A DNA stretch of 64,000 bases from assembly GCA_934489945.1 (NCBI GenBank), contig CAKSSY010000002.1, positions 14,002-78,001 on the forward strand. The letters run 5' to 3'. Position numbers and translations under genes: made by a program. Shown in pieces: positions 28,289 to 39,584 of the stretch. Numbering within the stretch: position 1 is the stretch's first letter; each line of letters starts with the position of its first letter. Under the pieces are notes generated by a model that worked only from the letters and a program-made list of their open reading frames with translations, was not told the origin of the DNA and searched no databases. The stretch comes from an uncultured Eubacteriales bacterium (GTDB lineage: Bacteria > Bacillota > Clostridia > Oscillospirales > CAG-272).

Positions 28289-31200
28289 TTATTCCTGTAC
28301 TTCTTCCGCTTTCGGCTCGTTGTGAACGACACCGACATTGCGGTAGCACTCCATGCCGGTTCCGGCGGGAATCAGCTTACCGATAATAACATTTTCTTTC
28401 AGACCGAGCAGATGGTCAACCTTGCACTTGATTGCCGCTTCGGTCAGAACCTTGGTAGTTTCCTGGAAGGAAGCAGCCGACATAAAGGACTCACTCTGCA
28501 ACGACGCCTTGGTAATACCCAGCAGAACAGGATCGCCCTGTGCCTCGCGAAGTTCGGTCTCACCTGCCGCAACCCGCGCCTTGATCTTATTGTTTTCATC
28601 CTCAAGATCCATCATGTCAACCAGCGAACCGGAAAGAATCTCTGTATCACCGGGATCCTCCACCCTCATTTTTCTCGTCATCTGACGGGCAATGATTTCG
28701 ATGTGCTTATCGTTGACGTTACAGGACTGAGAACGGTAAACCTTCTGAATTTCCTTGATGATATATTCATAAACCGCGTCAAGACCGCTGATACGCATAA
28801 TATCGGCGGGGCTCTTGTTACCTTCCGTCATAACCTGACCGCGCACAAGATGCTCACCGTCGGTAATGGAAAGACGCATACCGTACGGAATCGGGTATTT
28901 CACAATTTCGCCGGTTTCCTCGGACTGAATATGAACCTCGCTGACATTTGCCGTCTCGCCGAGCTGAATATGGGCAATACCGCTGTGCTCGGTCATAAGT
29001 GCAACCTTCTTGGGAGGTCTTGCTTCAAACAATTCCTCAACACGGGGAAGACCCTGTGTAATATCCGAACCTGCGACACCGCCGGAGTGGAAGGTACGCA
29101 TCGTAAGCTGAGTACCGGGTTCGCCGATCGACTGTGCGGCAATGATACCGACGGCTTCACCGACATTGACCTGTTTCCCGGATGCGAGATCTGCGCCATA
29201 GCAGTGAGCACAGATACCAAAACGCGAATGACACTGAATAATCGTGCGGATATACACCTTATCAATGCCTGCCGCAACAATAGCGTTCGCCTGTTCCTCG
29301 GTAATCATTTCGTCGTCACCGACAATCACCTCACCGGTTGTGGGATTGGTAACGGCACCGATGGTATATCTGCCGACAATTCTGTCCTGAAGCGGCTCCA
29401 GAACATTCTTGTCTCTCTCGTCAATGATCTGAGTAACCCAAGCACCCTTCTGCGTATCGCACTTCTGCTCGCGGATAATCACTTCCTGTGCAACATCGAC
29501 CAGACGTCTGGTAAGATAACCCGAGTCAGCCGTACGAAGTGCCGTATCGGAAAGAGATTTACGTGAACCGCGTGCGCCCATGAAATATTCCGTAATATTC
29601 AGACCCTCGCGGAAGTTGGATTTGATAGGAAGTTCAATCGTTTTACCGTTTGTGGCGAACATCAGACCGCGCATACCGGCAAGCTGTCTCATCTGAGCAA
29701 TCGAACCACGGGCTCCGGAATCGCTCATAATCTTGATGGGATTGTAGCGGTCGAAATGACGCTGAAGCGCATCGGTAACATCGTTCGTAGTTTTTTCCCA
29801 GACTTTGATAACGTTGTTGTAACGCTCGTTCTCGGACAACTCACCGCGCCCGTAGTGTTTGCGGATCTGTTCCACCTTCTTTTCCGCCTCGGCAATCAGT
29901 CCTGCCTTTTCCTCGGGAATGGTCATATCGTAAACCGAAATGGAGATGGCGGCACGGGTCGAATACTTGTAGCCCATTTCCTTGATGTTGTCCAGCATAT
30001 CGGCGCAAACCGAGAAGCCATGAACCTTAATGCAGTTATCAATGATCTTACCGAGATCCTTCTTCTTGATAACGAAAGTAATCTCCAGATCAAATGCCTT
30101 ATCGGGATCGCTTCTGTCCACAAAGCCGAGATCCTGCGGAATCGGCTGGTTGAAGATCAGACGACCGAGCGTGGCATCAATGATCTTTTCCTGTTCCACG
30201 CCGTTTATTTCTTTCTTCACGCGAACGCGGATGGGTGCGTGAAGACCCAGTTGCTTATTCTCATAAGCCATCATAGCTTCGTCAAAATCGCGGAACACTC
30301 TGCCCTCACCCGGTTCTCCCGCACGTTCCATAGTCAGATAGTAAGAACCGAGAATCATATCCTGTGTAGGAACGGCAACGGCACGACCGTCCATAGGTTT
30401 CAGCAGGTTGTTGGCAGACAGCATCAGGAATCTCGCCTCTGCCTGTGCTTCCGCGGACAGCGGAACGTGGACCGGCATCTGGTCGCCGTCGAAGTCGGCG
30501 TTGAAAGCGGTACAAACCAGCGGATGGAGCTTGATTGCACGACCCTCAACCAAAACCGGCTCAAACGCCTGAATAGACAGACGGTGAAGGGTCGGCGCAC
30601 GGTTGAGAAGAACCGGATGCTCCTTGATAACATTTTCCAGGGCATCCCAAACCTCCGGATAGAGGTAAGCACGATCGATCTTCTTCTGTGCATCCTTGAC
30701 GTTGGTTGCCTTCTGCATTTCGGTCAGCCGTTTGACAACAAACGGCTTGAACAGTTCAAGAGCCATTTCCTTGGGCAGACCGCACTGATAAATCTTCAGA
30801 CTGGGACCGACGACGATAACCGAACGTCCGGAGTAGTCAACACGTTTACCGAGAAGGTTCTGACGGAAACGTCCCTGTTTACCGCGAAGCATCTCGGAAA
30901 GAGATTTCAGAGGTCTGTTGGAGGGACCCGTGACCGGTTTGCCGCGGCGACCGTTATCAATCAAAGCATCTACCGCTTCCTGAAGCATACGTTTCTCGTT
31001 GCGGATAACGATTTCGGGGGTGTGAATCTCCATCAGCTTTTTCAGACGATTGTTTCGACTGATTACGCGGCGATAGAGTTCGTTCAGATCGGAGGAAGCA
31101 AAGCGACCGCCGTCAAGCTGAACCATGGGACGAATGTCGGGAGGAAGAACGGGGATAACATCGAGAATCATCCACGAAAGCTGATTGCCGGATTTCCGGA

Positions 31201-31858
31201 ATGCTTCAACCACTTCCAAACGCTTGATGATACGGGTCTTTTTCTGTCCCTTGGCAGTTTTGAGTTCTTCCTTAAGGTCTTCGGAGAGCTTCTGAACGTC
31301 AATGTCATTCAGAAGTTCCTTGATTGCCTCGGCACCCATGCCGACGCGGAATTCGTTTTCATAAAGCTCGGTATACTCCGTCAGCATCTTTTCGGTCAGC
31401 ACCATACCCTTGGTAAGCGGTGTCGTACCGGGATCGAGAACCACATTCTCCGCAAAATAGAGAACCTGTTCAAGCTGTTTGGGAGACATATCGAGAACCA
31501 AAGCCATGCGGGAAGGGATCGCCTTGAAATACCAGATATGAGACACGGGAGAGGCAAGCTCAATATGACCCATTCTTTCACGACGAACCTTTTTGGTGGT
31601 AATTTCCACGCCGCACTTTTCGCACTTGTGCGGCTTGCCGTCACGAGACATGTTGTGCGCATTCTTGTATTTGCCACACATGCAGGCTCCGTCCTTGGTA
31701 GGCCCGAAAATTCTTTCGCAGAACAGACCTCCGACTTCCGCCTTAAGCGTGCGGTAGTTGATCGTCTCCGGCTTGGTAACCTCGCCGTAAGACCACTCTC
31801 GGATCATTTCGGGAGAAGCCAGACCGATCTTGATCGAATCAAATTCATTATTTGCCAT
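28289..31858 (-). CDS. rpoC: DNA-directed RNA polymerase beta' subunit
   Basis: About 1189 aa. Zinc-binding Cys residues near the N-terminus and the catalytic NADFDGD motif. I chose the start [17 protein letters not shown] at 31858 (GAGGAG Shine-Dalgarno sequence), 18 nt after the rpoB stop. Confidence 0.97.
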   Translation of the reverse strand: MANNEFDSIKIGLASPEMIREWSYGEVTKPETINYRTLKAEVGGLFCERIFGPTKDGACMCGKYKNAHNMSRDGKPHKCEKCGVEITTKKVRRERMGHIELASPVSHIWYFKAIPSRMALVLDMSPKQLEQVLYFAENVVLDPGTTPLTKGMVLTEKMLTEYTELYENEFRVGMGAEAIKELLNDIDVQKLSEDLKEELKTAKGQKKTRIIKRLEVVEAFRKSGNQLSWMILDVIPVLPPDIRPMVQLDGGRFASSDLNELYRRVISRNNRLKKLMEIHTPEIVIRNEKRMLQEAVDALIDNGRRGKPVTGPSNRPLKSLSEMLRGKQGRFRQNLLGKRVDYSGRSVIVVGPSLKIYQCGLPKEMALELFKPFVVKRLTEMQKATNVKDAQKKIDRAYLYPEVWDALENVIKEHPVLLNRAPTLHRLSIQAFEPVLVEGRAIKLHPLVCTAFNADFDGDQMPVHVPLSAEAQAEARFLMLSANNLLKPMDGRAVAVPTQDMILGSYYLTMERAGEPGEGRVFRDFDEAMMAYENKQLGLHAPIRVRVKKEINGVEQEKIIDATLGRLIFNQPIPQDLGFVDRSDPDKAFDLEITFVIKKKDLGKIIDNCIKVHGFSVCADMLDNIKEMGYKYSTRAAISISVYDMTIPEEKAGLIAEAEKKVEQIRKHYGRGELSENERYNNVIKVWEKTTNDVTDALQRHFDRYNPIKIMSDSGARGSIAQMRQLAGMRGLMFATNGKTIELPIKSNFREGLNITEYFMGARGSRKSLSDTALRTADSGYLTRRLVDVAQEVIIREQKCDTQKGAWVTQIIDERDKNVLEPLQDRIVGRYTIGAVTNPTTGEVIVGDDEMITEEQANAIVAAGIDKVYIRTIIQCHSRFGICAHCYGADLASGKQVNVGEAVGIIAAQSIGEPGTQLTMRTFHSGGVAGSDITQGLPRVEELFEARPPKKVALMTEHSGIAHIQLGETANVSEVHIQSEETGEIVKYPIPYGMRLSITDGEHLVRGQVMTEGNKSPADIMRISGLDAVYEYIIKEIQKVYRSQSCNVNDKHIEIIARQMTRKMRVEDPGDTEILSGSLVDMMDLEDENNKIKARVAAGETELREAQGDPVLLGITKASLQSESFMSAASFQETTKVLTEAAIKCKVDHLLGLKENVIIGKLIPAGTGMECYRNVGVVHNEPKAEEVQE

Positions 31859-31876
31859 TTGCTTTCTCCTCACCAA

Positions 31877-34800
31877 TTACAGATTTTCGTCATCGAGTTC
31901 ATCGTCTTCACCAAGACTTTCCTCGTCCAGTAAAAGGTCATCCTCTTTACCGAACAGATCGTCCTCGCCATCGGCATCCTCAATGATGTAGGAATCCTTA
32001 ATATCATCGGTTTCGTAGCCCTTGTCAAGATCCTCGGACATATCGAAATCAACCGTCTTGCTGTAAGGCGGAAGTTCGTCGTCGTTGCAAAGTGAGGAGA
32101 GCTGAATTTCGTCGCCGTTCTTATCCAGAACACGGACATCCAGTGCCAAAGCCTGCAATTCCTTCACCAAAACCTTAAAGGACTCGGGAACACCCGGCGT
32201 GGGAATATTCTGACCCTTGATGATTGCCTCATAAGCCTTACGTCTGCCGTTGATATCGTCACTCTTCACCGTCAGAATTTCCTGAAGAGTATAAGCGGCA
32301 CCGTAAGCCTCCAGTGCCCAAACCTCCATCTCACCGAAACGCTGACCGCCGAATTGTGCCTTACCGCCCAAAGGCTGTTGCGTAACAAGAGAGTACGGAC
32401 CGTTGGAACGCGCATGGATCTTGTCGTCAACCAGATGATGGAGTTTGAGATAATACATAATACCGACCGTAACGGGGTTGTCAAAGGGCTCACCGGTACG
32501 ACCGTCGTACAGAATCGTCTTGCCGTTCGGGTTCATCCCCGCCGCTTCCAGACATTCGGAAATATCCTTTTCGGTCGCGCCGTCGAACACGGGAGTCATA
32601 ATCTTCCACCCCAGCTTCTTTGCGGCAATCCCCAAGTGAACCTCAAGCACCTGACCGATATTCATACGGGAAGGCACGCCCAAAGGATTCAGCACGATGT
32701 CCAGCGGTGTACCGTCTGGCAGGAAAGGCATATCCTCGGGAGGCAGAATACGGGAAACGACACCTTTATTACCGTGACGACCTGCCATTTTGTCGCCGAC
32801 GGAAATTTTACGTTTCTGTGCCAGATAAATACGAACCTGTTTGTTGACACCGGCGGGAAGATCGTCTCCCTGCTCGTGCGAGAACACCTTGACATCGACA
32901 ACAATACCCGATTCGCCGTGCGGAACACGCAATGAGGTATCTCTGACCTCTCTTGCCTTTTCACCGAAGATAGCGCGAAGCAGTCTTTCCTCGGCAGTCA
33001 GCTCGGTTTCGCCCTTCGGTGTAATCTTACCGACAAGAATATCGCCGGCGCGAACCTCGGTTCCCTTCTTGACAATACCGTCGGCATTCAGATCCTTCAG
33101 CGCATCCTCACCGACGTTCGGGATTTCACGCGTAATCTCCTCCGGTCCGAGTTTCGTATCGCGCGCCTCAAGCGGATAAACTTCAATATGAAGCGATGTA
33201 TACACATCATCGCGGACAAGTCTCTCATTCAGAAGGACAGCATCCTCGTAGTTGTAGCCTTCCCATGTCATGAAGCCGATCAACGCATTTTTACCGAGCG
33301 AAAGTTCACCGTTCGAGGTTGCAGGACCGTCAGCAATGACGTCCTTGACCTCCACCCTGTCGCCGCGATTCACAACCGGTCTCTGATTAAAACAGGTGCC
33401 CTGGTTGGTGCGTTTGAACTTTATCATATCGTAAATGTCTTTGTGACCGTCGTCACAGGCAACAATGATCTTATCGGCATCGACGCGCTCCACAACGCCA
33501 GCGTTCTTGGCAGTAACCACGACTCCGGAGTCCACGGCAGCGTTGTACTCCATACCGGTTCCGACGATCGGAGATTCGGTAACCATAAGCGGCACAGCCT
33601 GCTTCTGCATATTGGAACCCATCAGAGCACGCGAGTTGTCGTCGTTTTCCAGGAACGGAATCATCGCCGTAGCAACCGAAACCACCATCTTGGGCGAAAC
33701 ATCCATATAGTCCACCCGGTCAGCATCCACTTCCACAATCTCCGCCTTGTCGCGGGCAGTAACGCGCTTCTTGACGAAACGTCCGTTTTCGTCAAGCGGT
33801 TCGTTCGCCTGTGCGACAATATAGTTGTCCTCTACATCGGCAGTCATGTACTCAATTTCGTCGGTAACGATACCGGTAGCCTTGTCAACCTTGCGGTAGG
33901 GTGCCTCAATAAAGCCGTAATCGCTGATACGGGCATACGTGGTCAGATAAGAGATCAGACCGATGTTCGGACCTTCGGGAGTCTCAATAGGACACATTCT
34001 GCCGTAGTGCGTATAATGAACGTCACGGACATCGAAGGAAGCACGGTCACGCGAAAGACCGCCGGGACCGAGTGCCGAAAGACGTCTCTTGTGCGTCAGT
34101 TCGGCAAGCGGGTTATTCTGATCCATAAACTGCGAAAGCTGGGAGGAGCCGAAGAATTCACGTACAACCGTAACAACGGGACGAATATTGATCAACGCCT
34201 GCGGAGTCAGCTTTTCATTGTCCTGCGTGGTCATTCTTTCCTTAATAATCTTATCCATTCTCGAGAAACCGATGCGGAGCTGGTTCTGAAGCTGCTCGCC
34301 GACACTGCGGATACGACGGTTTCCGAGATGGTCGATATCGTCCACACGACCGACATCGTGTGTCAGATTGAACAGATAGTTGATGGATGCAAAAATATCA
34401 TCCTTGGTAATGTGTTTGGGGCAAAGTTCGGCAATGCGTTCCCTGCACTTTTCCTTGATGGCGTCAATATCTCCGCCGCACTCTTCGGCGATAGCGAGAA
34501 TCACGGGTGTGCTGACACGCTCGGTAATTCCGATATCACGAAGGTCGGTACCGATAACATACTCAGGTTCCACCGTGTTGTTGGAAATCACCTTGATTAC
34601 CTTTTCGTTATCCAGAACCAGTTCAACTTCGTTGACGGCGGCATGCTCCATCGCGAGAGCCTCGTCCTTGCCGATCACGGTTCCCGCCTCAAACAGCACC
34701 TCACCCGTCATGGGGTTCACAACAGGAGATGCCAGTCTGTGTCCGACAACGCGGTCGGACAGTGCCATCTTCTTATCAAATTTATAACGACCTACCGGTG

Positions 34801-35686
34801 CGATATCGTAGCGTCTGGAGTCAAAGAAATAGTTGGAAAGCAACGTATGAGCCGATTCAACCAGCGGCGGCTCGCCGGGACGCAACTTCTTGTAAATTTC
34901 TTTAAGAGCCTCAATGGCAATTTCGTCGCGATTACGGGCAGCAAGTTCTTCACACTCATCCTTTTCAAAGGTGGCAACGAGTTTTTCCTCTTCACCGAAT
35001 ATTTTATACACATCTTCTTTGGTCTCGATGGTAGACTTATACTCGGTGTTTTTCCCCTTGATAACGCCACCGACAGGCTCCACGCCGAGGGCGCGAATCA
35101 ACATCGTAACCGGAACCTTACGGTTCTTGTCAATACGGACATATGTCACACCGTTAATATCGATCTCAAATTCAAGCCATGCACCGCGATAAGGAATAAC
35201 CTGAGAGGAGTATACCTTTTTGCCGGACTTGTCAAAAGCGGAGGCGTAATACATTCCGGGGGAACGCGCGATCTGGGAGACAATGACACGTTCAGCACCG
35301 TTAATAACGAACGTACCCGTCTCGGTCATGATCGGAAATTCGCCCATGAAGATGTCGGTCTGCTTGACCTCACCCGTCTGTTTGTTGGTCAGTCTGACAT
35401 TGACCTTGAGGGGGGCGGCGTAGTTGGCTTCTCTGTCCTTGCACTCCTCAACGGAATACTTGGGTTTGGAATCCAGTGAGTATGAGAGAAATTCAATCGA
35501 AAGATTTCCGGAAAAATCCGTGATGGGAGAGACCTCGTGAAGGACCTCATCCAATCCCTTTTCAAGAAGCCACTTAAACGACTTGGTCTGAATCTCGACA
35601 AGATTCGGAAGCTCAAGCGTATTACGGGTCTTTGAAAAGCTCATTCTCACGTTTTTGCCAAGCCTTTGCTCTTTAACATTGACCAT
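31877..35686 (-). CDS. rpoB: DNA-directed RNA polymerase beta subunit
   Basis: About 1269 aa, starting [33 protein letters not shown]... at 35686. The 60 extra codons in the ORF track run into the promoter and are rejected. Confidence 0.96.
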   Translation of the reverse strand: MVNVKEQRLGKNVRMSFSKTRNTLELPNLVEIQTKSFKWLLEKGLDEVLHEVSPITDFSGNLSIEFLSYSLDSKPKYSVEECKDREANYAAPLKVNVRLTNKQTGEVKQTDIFMGEFPIMTETGTFVINGAERVIVSQIARSPGMYYASAFDKSGKKVYSSQVIPYRGAWLEFEIDINGVTYVRIDKNRKVPVTMLIRALGVEPVGGVIKGKNTEYKSTIETKEDVYKIFGEEEKLVATFEKDECEELAARNRDEIAIEALKEIYKKLRPGEPPLVESAHTLLSNYFFDSRRYDIAPVGRYKFDKKMALSDRVVGHRLASPVVNPMTGEVLFEAGTVIGKDEALAMEHAAVNEVELVLDNEKVIKVISNNTVEPEYVIGTDLRDIGITERVSTPVILAIAEECGGDIDAIKEKCRERIAELCPKHITKDDIFASINYLFNLTHDVGRVDDIDHLGNRRIRSVGEQLQNQLRIGFSRMDKIIKERMTTQDNEKLTPQALINIRPVVTVVREFFGSSQLSQFMDQNNPLAELTHKRRLSALGPGGLSRDRASFDVRDVHYTHYGRMCPIETPEGPNIGLISYLTTYARISDYGFIEAPYRKVDKATGIVTDEIEYMTADVEDNYIVAQANEPLDENGRFVKKRVTARDKAEIVEVDADRVDYMDVSPKMVVSVATAMIPFLENDDNSRALMGSNMQKQAVPLMVTESPIVGTGMEYNAAVDSGVVVTAKNAGVVERVDADKIIVACDDGHKDIYDMIKFKRTNQGTCFNQRPVVNRGDRVEVKDVIADGPATSNGELSLGKNALIGFMTWEGYNYEDAVLLNERLVRDDVYTSLHIEVYPLEARDTKLGPEEITREIPNVGEDALKDLNADGIVKKGTEVRAGDILVGKITPKGETELTAEERLLRAIFGEKAREVRDTSLRVPHGESGIVVDVKVFSHEQGDDLPAGVNKQVRIYLAQKRKISVGDKMAGRHGNKGVVSRILPPEDMPFLPDGTPLDIVLNPLGVPSRMNIGQVLEVHLGIAAKKLGWKIMTPVFDGATEKDISECLEAAGMNPNGKTILYDGRTGEPFDNPVTVGIMYYLKLHHLVDDKIHARSNGPYSLVTQQPLGGKAQFGGQRFGEMEVWALEAYGAAYTLQEILTVKSDDINGRRKAYEAIIKGQNIPTPGVPESFKVLVKELQALALDVRVLDKNGDEIQLSSLCNDDELPPYSKTVDFDMSEDLDKGYETDDIKDSYIIEDADGEDDLFGKEDDLLLDEESLGEDDELDDENL

Positions 35687-35837
35687 TAAAACTATCACTC
35701 CATTCAAAGTAGTAATTTCCCGTGCGAGAGAAATTCCAAGGCTACCTTTTCTTCCGGCATGCACACACCGGAAAAGACCTGTTGCCATTTCGGTTCTTTG
35801 TCGGCAGGCAGAAATAGCAATTATAATGCAGTTTATT

Positions 35838-35866
35838 ATTTTACCATAGAAAGCAGAGCTTGTCAA
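35838..35866 (-). promoter_or_regulatory. sigma-A-type promoter dedicated to rpoB-rpoC
   Basis: The minus strand reads TTGACA (35866-35861), a 17-nt spacer, then TAAAAT (35843-35838), about 150 nt upstream of the rpoB ATG. Confidence 0.6.
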
Positions 35867-35999
35867 GGGATTTTGCTAAATAATTCCCGTTTTCCGAAAA
35901 AATAATTTCCTGTTTTCGGAAAAATCCGCGCCAAAAATGGTTTTTTTACGTGCCCCGGCATACATTCCAAAAAAAAAGAAACTTTTTTCAAAAAAACTC

Positions 36000-36028
36000 T
36001 TGCAAAATCCATTCGGATATGGTATAGT
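36000..36028 (+). promoter_or_regulatory. sigma-A-type promoter of rpsT
   Basis: TTGCAA (36000-36005), a 17-nt spacer, then TATAGT (36023-36028), followed by a leader of about 80 nt. Confidence 0.6.
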
Positions 36029-36110
36029 ATACCGGTATGGACGAATACAGCGGCACACCCTCTCAGGTGTCGTTGTTTGGACTATTTTGAAAAGAGGGAG
36101 ATGAAAACAC

Positions 36111-36374
36111 ATGCCGAATATCAAAAGCGCGAAGAAACGCGTAAAAGTCACGGAAGCCAAAACCCTTCGTAATAAGATGTTCCGTTCTCAGCTCAAGACA
36201 GACATCAAGAAATACGAAGCCGCATTGGCAGCAGGGGATAATGAGCTTGCAAAAGCCTCTTATCTGGAAGCTGTCAAGAAAATTGACCGTGCTTGTGCAC
36301 GCGGTCTTATGCACAAAAATACCGCCGCGCACAAGAAGAGTCAGTTTACCAAGAAGCTCAACGCCATGGCGTGA
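36111..36374 (+). CDS. rpsT: 30S ribosomal protein S20
   Basis: 87 aa starting MPNIKSAKKRVKVTEAKTLRNK..., with a GAGGGAGA Shine-Dalgarno sequence. Confidence 0.95.
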   Translation: MPNIKSAKKRVKVTEAKTLRNKMFRSQLKTDIKKYEAALAAGDNELAKASYLEAVKKIDRACARGLMHKNTAAHKKSQFTKKLNAMA

Positions 36375-36386
36375 GCCTCCGAAAAT

Positions 36387-36422
36387 AAACCGCCCGTTTT
36401 CAACGGGCGGTTTATTTTTTTG
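36387..36422. terminator. bidirectional intrinsic terminator (rpsT / convergent Gfo gene)
   Basis: AAACCGCCCGTT-ttc-AACGGGCGGTTT flanked by an A-run upstream and ATTTTTTTT downstream. Confidence 0.85.
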
Positions 36423-36444
36423 AAAAAATGTACTTTTAATCGGC

Positions 36445-37527
36445 TCAGCCTTGTATATAAGCCTCCCGCCCGCTTTCCGCCGAACGGTAGAAAGCCTCCA
36501 GAATGGCGGAGACCGCGATTGTCTCGGCAGGCTTTACAATCGGATTCTCACGACCCGTCAGCACTTCCCGCAGATTCCGCACAAGATGAATGTGACCCGG
36601 AAAATGACTGTCGGGATACGCCTCAGGAAGAGGAGGCAATTCGCAGTCAGTATTTACGCCGCTGTAGAGCCGGCAGGACGGCAAGGAAATGCCGATATGA
36701 CGGTTCACAAGGGTAATGTCCGATGCCTCCGGCAGATTCGTCGCCCACGCGACCTTGAAATTCATTATCGCCCCGTCCGAAAACCGAACGGTTCCGGCAC
36801 CGAAATCCTCCACATCCATTTCTTCGGGATGAAACTTGGCGATGCTGTCCACGTGACCGGTAAGCGCACCGCTCGCCACAAGGTCACCCAGTTCCCCCGG
36901 ATGATTCCGCTTTGTGCTTGCCAGAACCGAAACGGGATCGGTTCTGCCGGAAAGCCAGATGGCGGCATCCAGCATATGAACGCCGATGTCAAGAAAGGCA
37001 CCGCCTCCCGACACCGCTTTCTTGTGAAAAGAACCCCAAAACGGAATTCCGCGTCTGCGGATACGCGACAGTTCCATATAATAGAAATCGTTCTCTCCGT
37101 GTTCTTCGATGTATTTTTTTGCCGCCAGACGGTCGGGTGTAAAACGCATACTCTGACAAGCCATCAAAACTTTTCCCTGCCGCGCGGCAAAATCGAACAT
37201 TTCGCGTGCGTCCGCCACCGTCATGGCAAGCGGTTTTTCGCAAAGAACGTTTGCTCCGCTGGAAAGTGCCAACATGGTATATTCCTTGTGAAAGCGGTTA
37301 GGGACACAGACCGAAACCACATCGGGAGAAAGCTCGCGAAGCATCACACCGGCATCCGTGTACCAGTGCGGGATTCCGTTTTTTGCCGCCGTGCTTTCCG
37401 CCGCCGCGGCAGAAATATCCGAAACACCGACAATTTCAAAATCTCCGGGAAAAGTACGGTACGCCGGAATGTGCGCGGCATTGGCAATCATACCGCAGCT
37501 GATAATACAAACACGCAACATCCTCAC
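36445..37527 (-). CDS. Gfo/Idh/MocA family NAD(P)-dependent oxidoreductase (canonical)
   Basis: 360 aa with the Rossmann N-terminus RVCIISCGMIANAAH and the EKP motif VLCEKPLAMT. Its ATG overlaps the stop of the upstream TIM-barrel gene (ATGA). Confidence 0.85.
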   Translation of the reverse strand: MRMLRVCIISCGMIANAAHIPAYRTFPGDFEIVGVSDISAAAAESTAAKNGIPHWYTDAGVMLRELSPDVVSVCVPNRFHKEYTMLALSSGANVLCEKPLAMTVADAREMFDFAARQGKVLMACQSMRFTPDRLAAKKYIEEHGENDFYYMELSRIRRRGIPFWGSFHKKAVSGGGAFLDIGVHMLDAAIWLSGRTDPVSVLASTKRNHPGELGDLVASGALTGHVDSIAKFHPEEMDVEDFGAGTVRFSDGAIMNFKVAWATNLPEASDITLVNRHIGISLPSCRLYSGVNTDCELPPLPEAYPDSHFPGHIHLVRNLREVLTGRENPIVKPAETIAVSAILEAFYRSAESGREAYIQG

Positions 37528-38300
37528 ACCTCCCCAAGAAACCCGAAGGTTTCGGCATCCGGCACAGTGGCGCGGTATTCCAACCCGAAATAACCGTCAT
37601 AGCCGGTTTTCAGGATTTCACGCAAAATCGACGGATAATTGACGCATCCTGTTCCCGGCTCGTGTCTGCCCGGACAGTCTGCAATGTGAAAATGTCCGAT
37701 CCGTCCGATCTTCTCGCGGACAAGGGCAAGATCAAAGTCTCCCGTCATGTGTTGATGGTAAATATCATATAACATTTTTACGTTCGGACTGTTCACATCG
37801 TCAAGGATTCTGAAAAGGCGTGCCGCCTCCGGCATGAAATAATTCTTCCTGTCGGTAGCGTTGAGCGGTTCCACAATCAAAGTAATTCCTTCCGCCTCGG
37901 CATAGGGAGCGACAAAAGACAGGCAATCACGGACATTTTCCTCCTGCCTCTCCCTGTCCGGCTCCTCCAAGGTTTCTCCGATAAGAACAATCATCGCCGC
38001 AGCACCGAGTTTATGATAAACCGGCGCGCTCTCCTGCAAAGCGGTAAGCAAATCTTTCTTCCGCCCCGCGTTCAGAATCCCGCGTGAAAGATCATACGAC
38101 AGCGTTTCGTCCCGACTGTCGATATTGAATACCGACAGCTTCATTTCGTTTTCGTTCAGAAGTGTCGTCACACGGTCGATGTCTTTGTTCGTCCACTTCC
38201 AGAACTCCACGGCATCCATACCACAGGCATGCGCCGCGCCGATACGATCCTCAAATGCCATATCGGCGAACATCATGTCAATGCAAGTGCTGATTTTCAT
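37524..38300 (-). CDS. xylose-isomerase-like TIM-barrel protein (sugar phosphate isomerase/epimerase; hydroxypyruvate-isomerase-like)
   Basis: 258 aa with family-typical blocks: GMDAVEFW, ITLIVEPLN, HFHIADCPGRHEPGTG and YDGYFGLEY. 4-nt overlaps with both neighbouring genes. Confidence 0.8.
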   Translation of the reverse strand: MKISTCIDMMFADMAFEDRIGAAHACGMDAVEFWKWTNKDIDRVTTLLNENEMKLSVFNIDSRDETLSYDLSRGILNAGRKKDLLTALQESAPVYHKLGAAAMIVLIGETLEEPDRERQEENVRDCLSFVAPYAEAEGITLIVEPLNATDRKNYFMPEAARLFRILDDVNSPNVKMLYDIYHQHMTGDFDLALVREKIGRIGHFHIADCPGRHEPGTGCVNYPSILREILKTGYDGYFGLEYRATVPDAETFGFLGEV

Positions 38301-39571
38301 TGATCTTCCTCGTAATAATCTTTCTTTGTGATAACAAGACGCTCAAAACTGTCCGGTGCGTCGCCGAAATCCGGAACCTCAAGCGGTTCGCCGTCACGCA
38401 GTGCCGATTCGTGTGCCATAAGTCCCGGAATCATGTAACGTGCCGCATCCCATGCGTTGTTCGGAGGCAGTTTGTCTTCCACCACGGCACGGACAAAATC
38501 GTCTACCAAAAAAGGATGCGTAAACTGATGCCACGGTGCCTTTGTCTCGCGCAATTTTTTCGGAAGGCGCGAAAGATCCTGAATCGGCGAAGGACTGTTG
38601 ACATATTTCGGATTGATCGGATCGGTCGTGTTGTTCATGATGCCGGCGTGCTTGTCATGAACGTAACGGACGGAGTTTATCAATTCGTCAAGATACTCAA
38701 TGTACGGTGTCTCACCGGACGCCCTGCCGCGCTGATAGGTATGCTGAAGTGCACTGCACTCATAGGATCCCATGTCGCCGTAAAGGCAGGTAATATAAGA
38801 GGAAGGTTTGTTGATACCGACACGGCGGAATTCGTTGATACGCGCCACACCGCCGCCCGACATCCGGAAGATTGCCGTTTCATTGGAGAAAGGATTGTCC
38901 CAGAAATTTTTTCCTTCACCGTAAACACCGTCGTCGTGAAAATCACGCATCCCGAAGCAGGTGACTTTGGTTGCGTGTTCTCCGATGGCGGAAAACAGCA
39001 TGGAAACCGAATGTGTGGGATAGAACATCGGCGGAATTCCCGCGGCACGTTGCCAGTGTTCGCCACCGCTCCGCTTGAAATCCACAGACATTTCGTACAT
39101 ATCGTGATAATACTGCGACTCTCCGTATACAAACTTTCCGAAGCCGCCCTCCGCATATTTCTGACGACAGTAAATAGCACAAGGATAGTAATAACAGGTC
39201 TCGCCCATCATATAGACGCGCCCCGAACGCTTTACGGCATCAATAATTTCGCCGATCTCCTCCACGGTGCAGGCAATCGGCACCGCGCTGTAAACATTCT
39301 TTCCCGCTTCCAGTGCTTTCAGAACCATCGGACCGTGCAAATGGCGTTGTGTAAAAATCGCAATACAGTCAATGTCCTTACCGTTTTCGATTGCATCCTC
39401 GAAGGAGGTAAAATACCGCTTGATACCGTGTTTTTCACAGGCTTCCGTAATTCGTTCCGGAACAATGTCGGCAACCGAAACCTCTCCGACATCCGGATGA
39501 TCCCGGAACAGTTCGATAAAATCGTCGGAAAAGGCACCCAATCCGACCACACAGACCTTCAGTTTTTTCAT
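38297..39571 (-). CDS. long (~424 aa) Gfo/Idh/MocA-like oxidoreductase, tandem paralogue 2
   Basis: N-terminus KVCVVGLGAFSDDF. The family EKP motif is replaced by NVYSAVPIACT. More than 60% identical by eye to the gene at 39585-40868. I chose the start at 39571. Confidence 0.75.
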   Translation of the reverse strand: MKKLKVCVVGLGAFSDDFIELFRDHPDVGEVSVADIVPERITEACEKHGIKRYFTSFEDAIENGKDIDCIAIFTQRHLHGPMVLKALEAGKNVYSAVPIACTVEEIGEIIDAVKRSGRVYMMGETCYYYPCAIYCRQKYAEGGFGKFVYGESQYYHDMYEMSVDFKRSGGEHWQRAAGIPPMFYPTHSVSMLFSAIGEHATKVTCFGMRDFHDDGVYGEGKNFWDNPFSNETAIFRMSGGGVARINEFRRVGINKPSSYITCLYGDMGSYECSALQHTYQRGRASGETPYIEYLDELINSVRYVHDKHAGIMNNTTDPINPKYVNSPSPIQDLSRLPKKLRETKAPWHQFTHPFLVDDFVRAVVEDKLPPNNAWDAARYMIPGLMAHESALRDGEPLEVPDFGDAPDSFERLVITKKDYYEEDQ

Positions 39572-39584
39572 CGTATCATCTCCC

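Noticed and set aside
29756-35479. Very long plus-strand ORFs (725 aa at 29756-31933, 763 aa at 33188-35479) opposite rpoC and rpoB.
   Set aside because: These are mirror frames of strongly codon-biased, highly conserved genes. They have no Shine-Dalgarno sequences and their sequences do not look like proteins. The same reasoning applies to 28214-29566.
35687-35866. N-terminal extensions in the ORF track for rpoB (60 codons), lspA (56157-56453), rpsG, rpsL, ribU and several Gfo genes.
   Set aside because: The extensions run through promoters or the 3' ends of upstream genes, lack Shine-Dalgarno sequences and are not part of the conserved protein N-termini. Internal starts with good Shine-Dalgarno sequences were chosen instead.
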